Below are positions 21,635 through 34,165 of a stretch of DNA of 58,470 bases, in pieces (position 1 is the first letter of the stretch; each line of letters opens with the position of its first letter). The position numbers were made by a program, and so were the translations under genes. This DNA is from Octopus bimaculoides. Lineage: Eukaryota. The stretch covers positions 9,585,731-9,644,200 of the forward strand of contig NC_068993.1 in NCBI RefSeq assembly GCF_001194135.2, written 5' to 3'. Under the pieces are notes generated by a model. The model worked only from the letters and a program-made list of their open reading frames with translations. It was not told the DNA's origin and did no database searches.

Positions 21635-21823
21635 GTGGACCTGACTCTGCTGCGAGGTGTTGGTGAAAAGTTATTGCTTCGGTTATGCTCGTTTAAACTT
21701 GGTTTCACTAAGACTGCTGTGCAGCCTAAAAGAGCCATTCAGTTTGGATCCCGCATAGCGAAACTAGAAGATTCAAAAGAGAAGGCAAGTGATGTATGCG
21801 CTCGATTAAAACCTAGCAGTTAA
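21635..21823 (+). CDS. ASNSD1: ASNSD1 exon 13 (last coding exon)
   Basis: [16 protein letters not shown]...[32 protein letters not shown]. Confidence 0.96.
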   Translation: MDLTLLRGVGEKLLLRLCSFKLGFTKTAVQPKRAIQFGSRIAKLEDSKEKASDVCARLKPSS

Positions 21824-21944
21824 CCACTGCAGTTCTTTAAACTATTTTGATTATTATTTCTTGCTTTGCTTCGATTGGTTTGGAAGGCATTGTGCATGTG
21901 GCCATTGGATGCCTTCCAAAACTGGGGAGATGAATCATCATCAT

Positions 21945-22082
21945 CATCGTTTAACGTCTGCTTTCCATGCTAGCATGGGTTGGACGATTTGACTGAGGAC
22001 TGGTGAAACCAGATGGCCACACCAGGCTCCAATCTGATTTGGCAGAGTTTCTACAGCTGGATGCCCTTCCTAACGCCAAGAA
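21945..22082 (+). mobile_element. Repeat family D (reverse-complemented SINE/LINE-tail with (ATG)n end)
   Basis: (CAT)n-TTTAACGTC.GCTTTCCATGCTAGCATGGG...GGATGCCCTTCCTAACGCC. Other copies at about 12450-12585, 20540-20700, 30120-30600, 31310-31760, 37565-37945, 42880-43110, 44470-44660, 48120-48350 and 51310-51550. Confidence 0.7.
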
Positions 22083-25000
22083 TGAGTGTACTATTTCCCT
22101 TCCAAAGTTGTAAGTAGAGAATTCTAGAGGGGATGATACTGGCTGTGTGGTTGTCAGTTCAGTGGACTGGAGCAGTGTGAAATAAAGTGTCTTGCTCAAG
22201 GACACAAGCACATTGCTGGGAATTGAACTCATGACCTTACAAATGTCAACTGAATGTGCCACGTGCCCAAATGTATACAATAGTAAAGATCAACATACAC
22301 AAGATATATAAAAGGGAGTTAGGGGATGGATATATATATATATAAACACATACACATGGACTGTAAAAGAAGATACTTGCTCAAGGCACCATGCAGTAGG
22401 GCTGAAGCCAAAACCATGTGAATTGGGAGCAAATTTTGCACAAGAAACAAATACCAATATTATATAGGTGCAGAAGTGGCGGTATGGTAAGTAGCTTGCT
22501 TACCAACCACAGGATTCCTGGTTCAGTTTCACTGAAGAACAAACACACACACAGGCTTCTTCCAGTTTTCATCTACCAAATCCACTCAAGGCTTTGGTTG
22601 GCCCAAGGCTATGGTAGACACTTGCCCAAGGTGCGACACAGTGGAACTGAACCCAGAACCATGTGGTTGGGAAACCAGCTTCCTACTACACAGCTACACC
22701 TGCACCTTTGTATTGTAATTATTAGTAATCAGTTAATACGCCATTGTTGCATAAACAACTATTTATCAGTTTTGGTGTACATTACCTAGGATTCTTGGGA
22801 AAAGAAGAATCATTATGGGAAAGAGCGAGCACATTGGATGGCAACAATGATATGAAATAATAATAATAGCTGAATAAACACTGATCCCTTTTATTGAGAA
22901 TAGCAGAAAACTGAATGAGTTAATAACAATGAAATAATTCCAAGTTTAGCAGCAACAAGACCANNNNNNNNNNNNNNNNNNNNNNNNNNNNNNNNNNNNN
23001 NNNNNNNNNNNNNNNNNNNNNNNNNNNNNNNNNNNNNNNNNNNNNNNNNNNNNNNNNNNNNNNNNNNNNNNNNNNNNNNNNNNNNNNNNNNNNNNNNNNN
23101 NNNNNNNNNNNNNNNNNNNNNNNNNNNNNNNNNNNNNNNNNNNNNNNNNNNNNNNNNNNNNNNNNNNNNNNNNNNNNNNNNNNNNNNNNNNNNNNNNNNN
23201 NNNNNNNNNNNNNNNNNNNNNNNNNNNNNNNNNNNNNNNNNNNNNNNNNNNNNNNNNNNNNNNNNNNNNNNNNNNNNNNNNNNNNNNNNNNNNNNNNNNN
23301 NNNNTATCAGCCAACTGCTTCTAACAAATCACTCTCCAAATTCTCAACAGAAATATGCAATCATATTCAGACCAACCCCCAATTTTTGCCGCCAAATTTC
23401 TACACTGACAAAAAAACAAGACACTTTAGGTGGGAATCTTAAAAAGTAAACCTTTAAAATACTGTTACAGAAAAAAAAAACAAGTTGTATATAGACAAGT
23501 TTTTTTTTTTTTTTTTTTTTCAAGTCAATACTGTAAAATATTCCACATGAAAGCTTGTTATAGAAGCTTTTAAGAAAAATGTTGAGGATCAGTGTGTGTG
23601 TGAGAGAGAGACAGAGAGACAGAGACGGGCTGAGGGCAGAATTTGTAAAGCATCAGATAAAACAGCACAGTATTTGATGGTCACTTCCCTTCAGGTTTCT
23701 GGGTTCAAATCCTGTCTGGTTCTACTTTGTCTTTTATTGTTCTGAAGTTGATGCAAAATAAAATGCTGGGGAAAGATGTGATTAACAACACCTTAGAAAA
23801 CTGTGTGGCCCCCCCCAATAGGGGCTACAGTTTGAAGCCAATAAAAAAAAATGCATTTTATAAATTGCTATAAGCCCAGAAATATTTTGTAACAGCCCTT
23901 TTACTAAATAAATTAAGGGGCTTCAGATTAATGAAAGCAATAATAATAATCATTGAAAACAAAACTACCCTTAAATCATTTAAATTATCACTTTATACAC
24001 ATTGTAAAGTAGTTGGAATAAATCTAATGGTAACATGGAAAGAAGTAGAAACCTCATTTGTTTTGAAACTCTTTTATATTTTTGTTTTTTTTTACATTAT
24101 CTCAATGTTGTGAGGCAAAAAGTTTGGTGCACTTTAAAAAAAATTTTTTTTAGAAGAATTAAAAAGCAATTGTTCGTGAAATCTCAAAGGAATAGTAATG
24201 TCTTTATGTGTCATGTTTTTTTCTTAATTTTTTTTAAAAGTTTAATTAAGCTTAATTGCATACAATCTGGGCATGTATATAATGAATATAAATACAGACT
24301 CTATATACATATATATGTATATATAGACATATATATTTATGTGCGTGTGTGTGTGTATATGTGCATATATATATGTAATTATGTGCAACGCATCAGGTAC
24401 ATTCACATTAACGCACTATGTCTTTGTACATGTATGTCACATACTTGTCAAGCAAAAATATTTGTATAGTCATATAAAACAATAAAGAAAAAGAATCTTA
24501 TCTTACATTGGCATATATATACAGATATTATAAAAAGTCTTCTTCTAGCATATGTACACATACACAAAACTTCAAAACCACATAAACACAATATACACAT
24601 CTGCACTAAACATGCCCACACACACATGTATAGATATACATACATACACACATATATCACACATACATGCATAGACACTTATACATACACGCTTCATAGT
24701 CATTGTATATCAATGTTAAATTCATATCCAAACTGTATTGATACATTGTACAGATTACAGTGATACATTGTGATTTTGGAACTGATATTGCAGAAACTCT
24801 GCCCAGTCCAAGATAGCAAAAGTTTTTTGAATGAATGAATGAACGAATGAATGAATGAAAAGTAGTTAAGGTTTTTCTTTCATATGTACTAATTGCTGTT
24901 GCTGCTGCTTGAGGAAGGAGGAGATCAGATAAATAACAACAGGCATCAAATGGCCAATCAATGAGTAAAAATAATAATAAAAAGAATTAACTTCTTGTAA

Positions 25001-26250
25001 ATGACGCACACACACACGTGTGTGTGTGTGTGTGTGTCATACATATATATATATATAAAACAAAAAAACTGACAGGAATTTGTCCAACTGACATTGGAAT
25101 AAATGGAGAGCCCATGACAGAGATCTCAAACAAACAAAGCAAAAAAAAAAAAAATGAGAAATATACAAGACGTCTACAATGGCTGTAGGGAGGAAAAATG
25201 TCTTGTAAAAGGAAAGAAAATGCAACAAAAAAATAAAAGAAAAAAATCATTAGTCACCACCAAGATATTACAGGAAATGGTTGGGAGCCAGGGAAAAAAG
25301 TTACATTTTTCATATTCAAGATGGCCCATAGGAGTAGCATTATAAGCCATTCTAAGCAGTATTTTGTGTAATTAATTAGGTAATTAATGGCACTACACAG
25401 TTGATGAAGGAAGAGGAATGCAGGAGGTGCGACTTTAAAAGAAAAACATTTGTAAAAANNNNNNNNNNNNNNNNNNNNNNNNNNNNNNNNNNNNNNNNNN
25501 NNNNNNNNNNNNNNNNNNNNNNNNNNNNNNNNNNNNNNNNNNNNNNNNNNNNNNNNNNNNNNNNNNNNNNNNNNNNNNNNNNNNNNNNNNNNNNNNNNNN
25601 NNNNNNNNNNNNNNNNNNNNNNNNNNNNNNNNNNNNNNNNNNNNNNNNNNNNNNNNNNNNNNNNNNNNNNNNNNNNNNNNNNNNNNNNNNNNNNNNNNNN
25701 NNNNNNNNNNNNNNNNNNNNNNNNNNNNNNNNNNNNNNNNNNNNNNNNNNNNNNNNNNNNNNNNNNNNNNNNNNNNNNNNNNNNNNNNNNNNNNNNNNNN
25801 NNNNNNNNNNNNNNNNNNNNNNNNNNNNNNNNNNNNNNNNNNNNNNNNNNNNNNNNNNNNNNNNNNNNNNNNNNNNNNNNNNNNNNNNNNNNNNNNNNNN
25901 NNNNNNNNNNNNNNNNNNNNNNNNNNNNNNNNNNNNNNNNNNNNNNNNNNNNNNNNNNNNNNNNNNNNNNNNNNNNNNNNNNNNNNNNNNNNNNNNNNNN
26001 NNNNNNNNNNNNNNNNNNAAAAACAAACAAACTGAATCTTCATTAGTCATGGCGCTACAAAGGACAAAACACATTTTACTGAACAATTTTTTTGTTTTGT
26101 TTTGTGAAATTTTTTTCCATTTTTTGTTTTTACCTGTTTAGTGCATCTGCTTTTTCTCTTTCTTTCTTTCATAGCAATACTAAATAATGCTAAGAAATCT
26201 GCCAATCCGCCAGTGAAGCATAATACAAAAAATGCATTGTAGTCATCATT

Positions 26251-26291
<41 letters not shown>

Positions 26292-26607
26292 TAACACTGG
26301 CCTGCATGTCGTACGGCTCAGGAAATACCAACAGAACATTGGAGATGATTCTGATAAAACATTAGAAGACTATTGGAGCTCAGTGTGGCATACAGTAAGT
26401 AAAGCTGTCTACAGGCAGAATAGCTACACTGGTTGTATTCTGGCCTTTGAAGTGCGAATCCCCGTGCTTATAAAGAAGGGGGTGACTGGAGTTGCAGTCA
26501 TACTTCTTGAATGTAAGAGCTGAAGGTGCTGATTTGAAAGCTCAAGACAGTCACAGAGATAAAATTGTTTTCCACGACAGTAGCCATAAAGATTCTAGAG
26601 CAAAATG

Positions 26608-26711
26608 TCATGATTGCTTGCAAGAATTAAATGTAAAGCGCCGTACTTTTCCCTTCCGTTTCTTTTTCGAGACTTTCTCTTCGGGTTCTTCTTTGACAAC
26701 TTCTTTCTCAA
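26608..26711 (-). CDS. STK11: STK11/LKB1 exon 9 (last coding exon, CAAX)
   Basis: (V)EKEVVKEEPEEKVSKKKRKGKVRRFTFNSCKQS*; strong acceptor TTTTGTCTTTCACAG; phase 1 matches exon 8; polybasic stretch plus CKQS. Confidence 0.9.
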
Positions 26712-27298
26712 CTGTGAAAGACAAAAGTATAAATTATAATTTGAAGGAAAAAAAAAAAAAAAAATCTAAATTAAATATCAGAATAAATATTACTTTCAAA
26801 TTTTGACACNNNNNNNNNNNNNNNNNNNNNNNNNNNNNNNNNNNNNNNNNNNNNNNNNNNNNNNNNNNNNNNNNNNNNNNNNNNNNNNNNNNNNNNNNNN
26901 NNNNNNNNNNNNNNNNNNNNNNNNNNNNNNNNNNNNNNNNNNNNNNNNNNNNNNNNNNNNNNNNNNNNNNNNNNNNNNNNNNNNNNNNNNNNNNNNNNNN
27001 NNNNNNNNNNNNNNNNNNNNNNNNNNNNNNNNNNNNNNNNNNNNNNNNNNNNNNNNNNNNNNNNNNNNNNNNNNNNNNNNNNNNNNNNNNNNNNNNNNNN
27101 NNNNNNNNNNNNNNNNNNNNNNNNNNNNNNNNNNNNNNNNNNNNNNNNNNNNNNNNNNNNNNNNNNNNNNNNNNNNNNNNNNNNNNNNNNNNNNNNNNNN
27201 NNNNNNNNNNNNNNNNNNNNNNNNNNNNNNNNNNNNNNNNNNNNNNNNNNNNNNNNNNNNNNNNNNNNNNNNNNNNNNNAATACAGACACAAATATAT

Positions 27299-27329
<31 letters not shown>

Positions 27330-27873
27330 CACACACACACAACGGGCTTCTTTCAGTTTTCATCTACCAAATCCACTCACAAGGCTTTGGTTGGCCTGAG
27401 ACTATAATAGAAGACACTTGCCCAAAGTGCCACACAGTGGGACTGAACCCGGAACCATGTGGTTGGGAAGCAAGCTTCTTACCACACAGCCACACCTGTA
27501 ATAATAGTTTTAAAAAAAACAAAAAAACACCACTTCAAAGATTTCTGGAGTTGGTGAAGCCATGCCAAAACAATGGGTGGTAAGCAAAGTGTAGTTTGCA
27601 GGGCAATCCCTCTGTAGAGTCCAGAACCTGCTTGGCAATTGCAGGGGTCAGCAGATAGAAGACCATCCCGCTGGCTGAGGAGGTAGCAGAGGTTACTTCA
27701 AGGTGGCTGTGGATTAGAAGGGGCAAGCTTTGGAAGGGGTAGGACTAACTGGACACAAGGTGGGGTTTGATTAACCTTGGCTGGGTCACCTGTGCTGTAA
27801 CAATTCTGCTAGCTTGGTGCCTTAAAAGTATATATATATATATATATGGGATAGATATATAAAGCTAACATAC

Positions 27874-28055
27874 CTTCAGGATCCAACAAGACATCTCCGT
27901 CTTCTTCCTCTTCAAACTCCTCTTCACTGTTTGCCTTTTCATTGTGTAAGACATCAAGATATAATAAAACAGTCATGTTGCGTAAAGTATCACCATTTGG
28001 GGCTGCAGGTAGCGACACCCGTTCACAGGTCTGTGGATGATTCTTCTGTACCCAG
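27874..28055 (-). CDS. STK11: STK11 exon 8
   Basis: WVQKNHPQTCERVSLPAAPNGDTLRNMTVLLYLDVLH...DPE; aligns with human WFRKKHP...SMTVVPYLEDLH. Confidence 0.93.
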
Positions 28056-28748
28056 CTGCAAACAGAAAATAGAAACTGATGAGATTGTCCAAATGTCGGA
28101 CGAGGATTTGTCAGTAAGATTTTGGTTTTACACATTCATCTTTATACATGAACAAGGACCTCCAATTTTCGTTATTTACATCGTTTTAGCATTCACTTTT
28201 CTGTGCTTGCATGGGCTGGACAGAATTTGTTGAAGCAGCCTTTCTATGGCTGGATGCCTTTCATGTCACCAACCCTCACCTGCTTCCTAGTAAGGTAATA
28301 TTTCCCCATGACCAGATACATGTTCAAGGAAGACTGGAAACAGAGGAGGCTGCAAGCATGAAGTAACACTTGCACATAACTATCACAGAATGTTGGGGCA
28401 AGGAGACAGTAACGCATGCACATACGTGCACACACACACTTCTTTCTCTTCACTCACACGGTTTTGGTTAGCCCGAGGCTATAGTAGAAGACACTTGCCC
28501 AAGGTGTCATGCTGTAGGATTACATCTGGAACTATGTGGCTGGAAAACAAACTTCTTACCACAGAGCCACACCAGCACCTATCTACATGTTTTTTCTTGC
28601 AGATGTTCAGCTTAAGCATCAACTGCATCAATCTCCCCCAGTCTAAGAAGGTCAACAAAGATCATGGATAGCCACTGCTCTTCGTTCCATCAATATAGAT
28701 GTACACTCAATGAATAACTAAAATATGTTCTGATATATAATAATAATA

Positions 28749-29005
28749 GCACAAGGGGCTGATTGCTACCTAGTTCAGATACCAGGAAACCCCAAAATGG
28801 CAGAAATTCAAAAGATAGTGCTCATGGGAACTTCCCATATCCTACATAAAATATTGTCTATGTAATCTCAAATTTAAAAAAAAACATAATTTTCTTATGG
28901 TTTCTTAAACATTCTCTAGAACAACATTATGTACAAAACCAAATGTATGGCACCTTAGGCATAACACCAACATGAACTTCTAACTTGTTGTCTCTTGAGG
29001 TCTCA
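28749..29005 (+). mobile_element. R4/Dong-like LINE 3' end
   Basis: IPGNPKMAEIQKIVLMGTSHILHKILSM* (28779-28865), preceded by a short (TAA)n. Confidence 0.7.
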
Positions 29006-29421
29006 ATAAAAAATAATAACCAGAGTGTCATGCCTACAAAGAGAAATCTATCAAGTGTATTCTCTGAGACATCACAACACTGGTTGTCACCATTTTCGGC
29101 CCCTTACAAATGGCAATGAGAATCTTCTCTACTGAACCTGCTTTAGGTCGTCACAAGTTCCAACGAAGAAACTGGATATATTTTTGTGTTTTTGAGAAAC
29201 AAAGAGGAAAGATAGGAAAATGAAAGAAAGAAAGGAAGATGAGAGAGATGAAAGGAGTGAGAGGAGGGAGAGGGAAGAGAAAATGTGAAGGGAAGGAGGA
29301 GAGTGGGAGATGAGCAAGAGAAGGGTGATGAGAAGAGAGAGGGCAACAGAGATAAAGCATGAGTGAAAGGAAAGCAGTAGAAGAGAGAGAGGGGGGAGTA
29401 AATGAAAATACACACACATAC

Positions 29422-29479
29422 CCATGTTTTCTAATCTTTTGAATAGATAACCTTTTTTCTGGATCATATTCTAACATAC
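29422..29479 (-). CDS. STK11: STK11 exon 7
   Basis: GMLEYDPEKRLSIQKIRKH; 58 nt, phases consistent with neighbours. Confidence 0.96.
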
Positions 29480-29834
29480 CTACAACAGATAAGGAAAAAA
29501 AAAAACAGATTACATTCATTTATTTCTTCTAAAAATACCTTTGCATAAAATTGTTTTTGCTATTGTAAAAATAGTGGACATAAACAGATCAATTTAATTG
29601 TTAAAATCTTTACAAACTTTTACAGTCAATTTCCTTTCTGCAGTCATTTCCCCCATATAACCACCTCACACACTAATAAGTGAGCCAGTAAACTAATAGT
29701 TCAAAACTTCAGATTAAAAACGACAAGGTTATTTTAGCAAATTCTTCCTTATTCTTAAAATCAAATGAACCAAAGGCAGCATATTTTAATGGAAACATGA
29801 TAGCAAAAGGGTTAAATAAACGATTCTTTCTTAC

Positions 29835-29962
29835 CCTGTATTAAGTCAGTTAAACTCGGGCAAAGAACATCAGGTATCACATATTTCCCTTTGCCTATGT
29901 TTTCAAACAACTTGTAAATATTGTCCCCTTCAAATGGATATAATCCAGTCGTTATGTTATAT
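29835..29962 (-). CDS. STK11: STK11 exon 6
   Basis: [42 protein letters not shown]; 128 nt. Confidence 0.97.
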
Positions 29963-31507
29963 CTGAAACAAAAACAAAGAACAGTGTATGTAATTCTAAG
30001 TTTATATCAGCAAAAGTGTGTGTCTGTATGTATGTATATATAAGTAATGTAAAAGCCTGTTGCATGATAAGGAAAACATATGAATCAGTGGTGTAAAGTA
30101 ACAATGATGATGATCATCATTTGATGCCCATTTTTCCATGCTTGCATATGTCAAGCAGAATTTATTGAAGCAGATTTATCTACAGTCAGATGCTCTTCCT
30201 GTCACTAACCCTTACCAGTTTCCTAGCAAAGTTATATTTTCCCTCATAGCCAGACAGGTTTTGCACAGCAGACTGGAAACAAACAATCCCGCTTGTATGA
30301 TGGTGATGCTCATTTACAACCATCACATGAGGTCTTGAGACAGGGACACACAAACACATGCATCATCATCATCGTTGTTATTTAACGTCCAATTTTCCAT
30401 GCATGCGTGAGTCAAACAGAATTTGTTGAGTTAGAGACTATAGTTGGATGCTCTTCCTGTCATCAACTCTTTGTTTCCAACTAAGGTAATATTTTCCCCG
30501 TGACCAGACATATTTTCATGGAAGACTGGAAACAAAGGACACCACTTGAATGACAGTAATGTTCATTTACAACTATCTCATGAAGTCAAAGAAACGTTAA
30601 CAAACATAGAATGGGCTTCTTCCAGTTTCCATGTAGCACATCCACTTGCAAGCCTTTGGTCAACCCAGGGCTACAGTAGACACTTACTTACCCACAATGC
30701 CATGCACTGGGATTAAACTGAAGACCACAGGGTTGGGAAGCAAGCTTCTTAAACCACACAGCCACACCTGTACCTCATGATATGCATCAATACAAACAAC
30801 AAAGAGACAGCTGAAGGCATTGATGCATTCAGTGTTGTAAATTTATCTTACTCTCAAGTCAGTATAAAGGGAAAAAAAAAAAACCAGATGTAACACAAAG
30901 TGAAGATTGTAATAATTTATAATGTGTGAACATGTTGAGACTAGCTCTAGAGCTCCTTAAACCTTGATCAAGAGATAATGCTGTGCCCTAATAATAATAA
31001 TAATAATTATTATTACTATTTCTATTATAGGCACAAGGCCTGAAATTTGGAGGAGGGGACCAGTTGATTACATTGACCCCCAGTGCATACTTAATTTATT
31101 GACCCTGAAAGGATGAAATGCAGTTAAGCATTATGCCCAGTGTCTTAATGGTTCAGCCAGCTCGCCACCTTGTCCCTTTTACTATAGGCACAAGGCCTGA
31201 AATTTTGTGGGAGGCGGCTAGCCAATTAAATTGACCTCACTGACCAACTATCATTTATTTTATCGACTCTGAAAGGACGAAAGGCAAAGTCGACCGCAGA
31301 ACATATCACCGTCGTCGTTTAACGTCCGCTTTCCATGCTAGCATGGGTTGGACGATTTGACTGAGGACTGGTGGACCAGGAGGCGACATCAGGCTCCAAT
31401 CTGATTTGGCAGAGTTTCTACAGCTGGATGCCCTTCCTAACGCCAACCACTCCGAGAGTGTAGTGGGTGCTTTTACGTGCCACCGGCACGAGGGCCACTC
31501 AGGCGGG

Positions 31508-31760
31508 TACTGGCAACGGCCACGCTCGAAATGGTGTATTTTACGTGCCACTTGCACAGGAGCCAGTCCAGGGGCACTGGCAACGATCTCGCTCGGATGT
31601 CTTACTGGCAATGGCCACGCTCGAAATGGTGTATTTTATGTGCCACCTTCACAGGAGCCAGCCCATCGGCACTGGCAACGATCTCGCTCGGATGTCTTAC
31701 TGGCAAAGGCCACGCTCGAAATGGTGTATTACGTGTCACCTGCACAGGAACCAGTCCATC
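31508..31760. repeat. 95-bp tandem repeat (about 2.6 units) inside a family D element
   Basis: Units start at 31511, 31606 and 31701 (TGGCAAYGGCCACGCTCGAAATGGTGTATT...). Confidence 0.9.
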
Positions 31761-31819
31761 GACAACTGCAAAGCATTTTTTGCCCAGCATAATAGTAACA
31801 ATTCTGACAGCTCGCCACC

Positions 31820-31864
<45 letters not shown>

Positions 31865-31988
31865 TGAGATTTGAGGAGACTTGTTGTCACCAAACCTCAA
31901 GATAAGACACCTGATAACTAGATTAGCATGCATGAGCATAATGATAGTAGTAGTAATAAATAAATAAAGAAATGAAAAGACAGTTTAC

Positions 31989-32125
31989 AATGTTACTCCT
32001 GCTGACCAGACGTCCACTTTAAAACCAGCATAACTTTCAAGTCCATTGGCAATCTCTGGTGGTTGAAAGGCAGGAGATCCTTGACTGGCATGGCAAGTGT
32101 CATCTTCGGCAAACCATCCAACAGC
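31989..32125 (-). CDS. STK11: STK11 exon 5
   Basis: [45 protein letters not shown](L); 137 nt. Confidence 0.96.
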
Positions 32126-32775
32126 CTATGAAGAATTTAAATAGAAAAAGAGAAAGAAAAATTTTAAAAAAACTGGTTAAAACTGTTTGAATCATTTTTG
32201 ACCAAATATGTAACAAAATACAAACTTCAATTATTTCATTTAATTTTTCGTTAAATAATCAAGAATTTAGAAGAGTTTAGTAACTTCTCAGTTATTAAAC
32301 TAGTGTTTGGCATTTACTTTATGATGCTCAGTTACAATCATTTCATGATGTCTACACAAGGGCACATGCATATATATAGATATAAAGGGTAAAAATGACC
32401 ATGAGATTGCACCTAGAAAGTTCCCCTCCGAGGCACAAGTCCGAGCAAGGTTGTTTTTTACGGAAGACCAGCAGCCGTCCATGCATACCAGCCTCCCGTC
32501 TCCACGCCATCAATTTTATCCAAAGGAAAAACAAAGGCCAATACAGCTTGGCATCAGTGACATTGAAACTCGTTTCTACAGCTGAGTGAACTGGAGCAAC
32601 GTGAAATGAAGTGTCTTGCTCAAGAACACAACACACAGCCCGGTCTGGGAATCAAACCCACTACCTCATGATTGTGAGCCTGACACTTTAACTACTGAGC
32701 CATGTGCCTTCACACATACATTTGGGTGTGTGTGTGTGTGTGTGTGTGTGTGTCAATTGTCTCCCAGTCCCCAGA

Positions 32776-33078
32776 ACTGCCAGTTCACATGATTTCACTC
32801 TGCTATGCATTCTTCAGTGACAGCTGTCCAGTAGCAACATAACAGCTGGATCTCCCATCAGAGTCATATAGAATCTCAGTGTCTATTTAGGCACTGAGAC
32901 TGAAAATAGCCAGTGGGTTTATTAAAAAATAATTGATAGTGATGATATTTGCAACACCAGTGCCTGAATAGACACTGAGATTCTATATTTTGTTGACAGG
33001 AGATTCAGCTGTTATGTCAGTGATGGACATCTGTCACTGAGGAACCCACAGCAGGGTGAAATCATGTGATCTTGCAGT
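32776..33078. repeat. Fold-back (MITE-like) inverted repeat in STK11 intron 4
   Basis: About 120-bp imperfect arms; inner 30 bp (32867-32896 vs 32958-32987) has one mismatch; 61-nt spacer. Confidence 0.85.
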
Positions 33079-33358
33079 GCCAACAGCCAAAGCAAATGAT
33101 TCTCATCTGTCAATGACATAATTATAAGTGCTTTTTTGCACCACAAGTCTTTATGAGAGATCTTCTCAAGGCAAATAGCGTAGTATTTTCTGTTCTAACA
33201 CAACCGCCATCTTCGGTTGGAGATCAAGAGTACAAAAAGGACAGCTGTTCCAACATTCTACTGATTTTGTGGAACTTAAAATGAAGAGTAAAAATCAGAT
33301 TAGAAAAGAAACAGGAAAATTAAACAATCAAACAATCAAAGTAGAAAAAATGTTCAAC

Positions 33359-33491
33359 CTCAGCAACTCCAAGATCTGATATTTTCAAGGTTTCATCAGT
33401 CGTCAGCAATAAATTGCCTGGTTTGATATCTTTATGAGCAATGCGTTGGCTGTGGAGGTATTCAAGACCATCAATCAACTGATCAAAGTAT
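33359..33491 (-). CDS. STK11: STK11 exon 4
   Basis: [44 protein letters not shown]: LKB1-specific HKD and DLG motifs; 133 nt. Confidence 0.98.
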
Positions 33492-34075
33492 CTGCAAATA
33501 TAGGGCACAGAAATATTAAAACAACATGAAGACAAGGAAAACAAGAAACAAAAACACAAAACACAGAACATCTCAAGTGTATGCTTTTCTGTATGGAAAG
33601 AAAAGATGAGGAGAGAAGAAAGAAGGACAAATATATCTCAACCAGATGGCTAGCACAAATATGAGAAAGAGGGTTGGTGGTGGTAGTGGTGATGGCACAA
33701 GTATGACTAACAGAAAAAAGAAAATGAGATTGTGAGGAATCAAGAGCCTGATTTACTCTTGTGTGTTATATGAGGGTTAATCTAAGCACTGTGGAGGCAC
33801 AATGGCCCAGTGGTTAGGTGTGATGGTGCAGTTTTGATGGTTGTAGTTATACAGATGTGCTAACAGATGAGGACTATAGTGATGATGGTGTAACAGGCTC
33901 AGCCGAGTTAGCTTAGCCTAGCTGTTGATGATGATGGCAGTGATATTATAACAATCTTGTGTTATACCAAGCGACCTAGCCAAGAAATGATGATGATGAT
34001 GATGACAACAAAAGATGAATACATATACATGTAAAACATTTTTTGCAGTATATTGGTAATAATACGGTTACTCAC

Positions 34076-34165
34076 CCATGGGCCTGCCAAACTGGAAACT
34101 TTTTCTCTGGAGTATTTTCAAGCATCTCTTGCAATTCGCCAACACAGAACTCCATCACCATATAC
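34076..34165 (-). CDS. STK11: STK11 exon 3
   Basis: [29 protein letters not shown](G); 90 nt. Confidence 0.97.

Noticed and set aside
31508-31760. CRISPR-like repeat-spacer array
   Set aside because: The whole 95-bp unit repeats, so there are no unique spacers. It is inside a eukaryotic retroposon and there are no cas genes.
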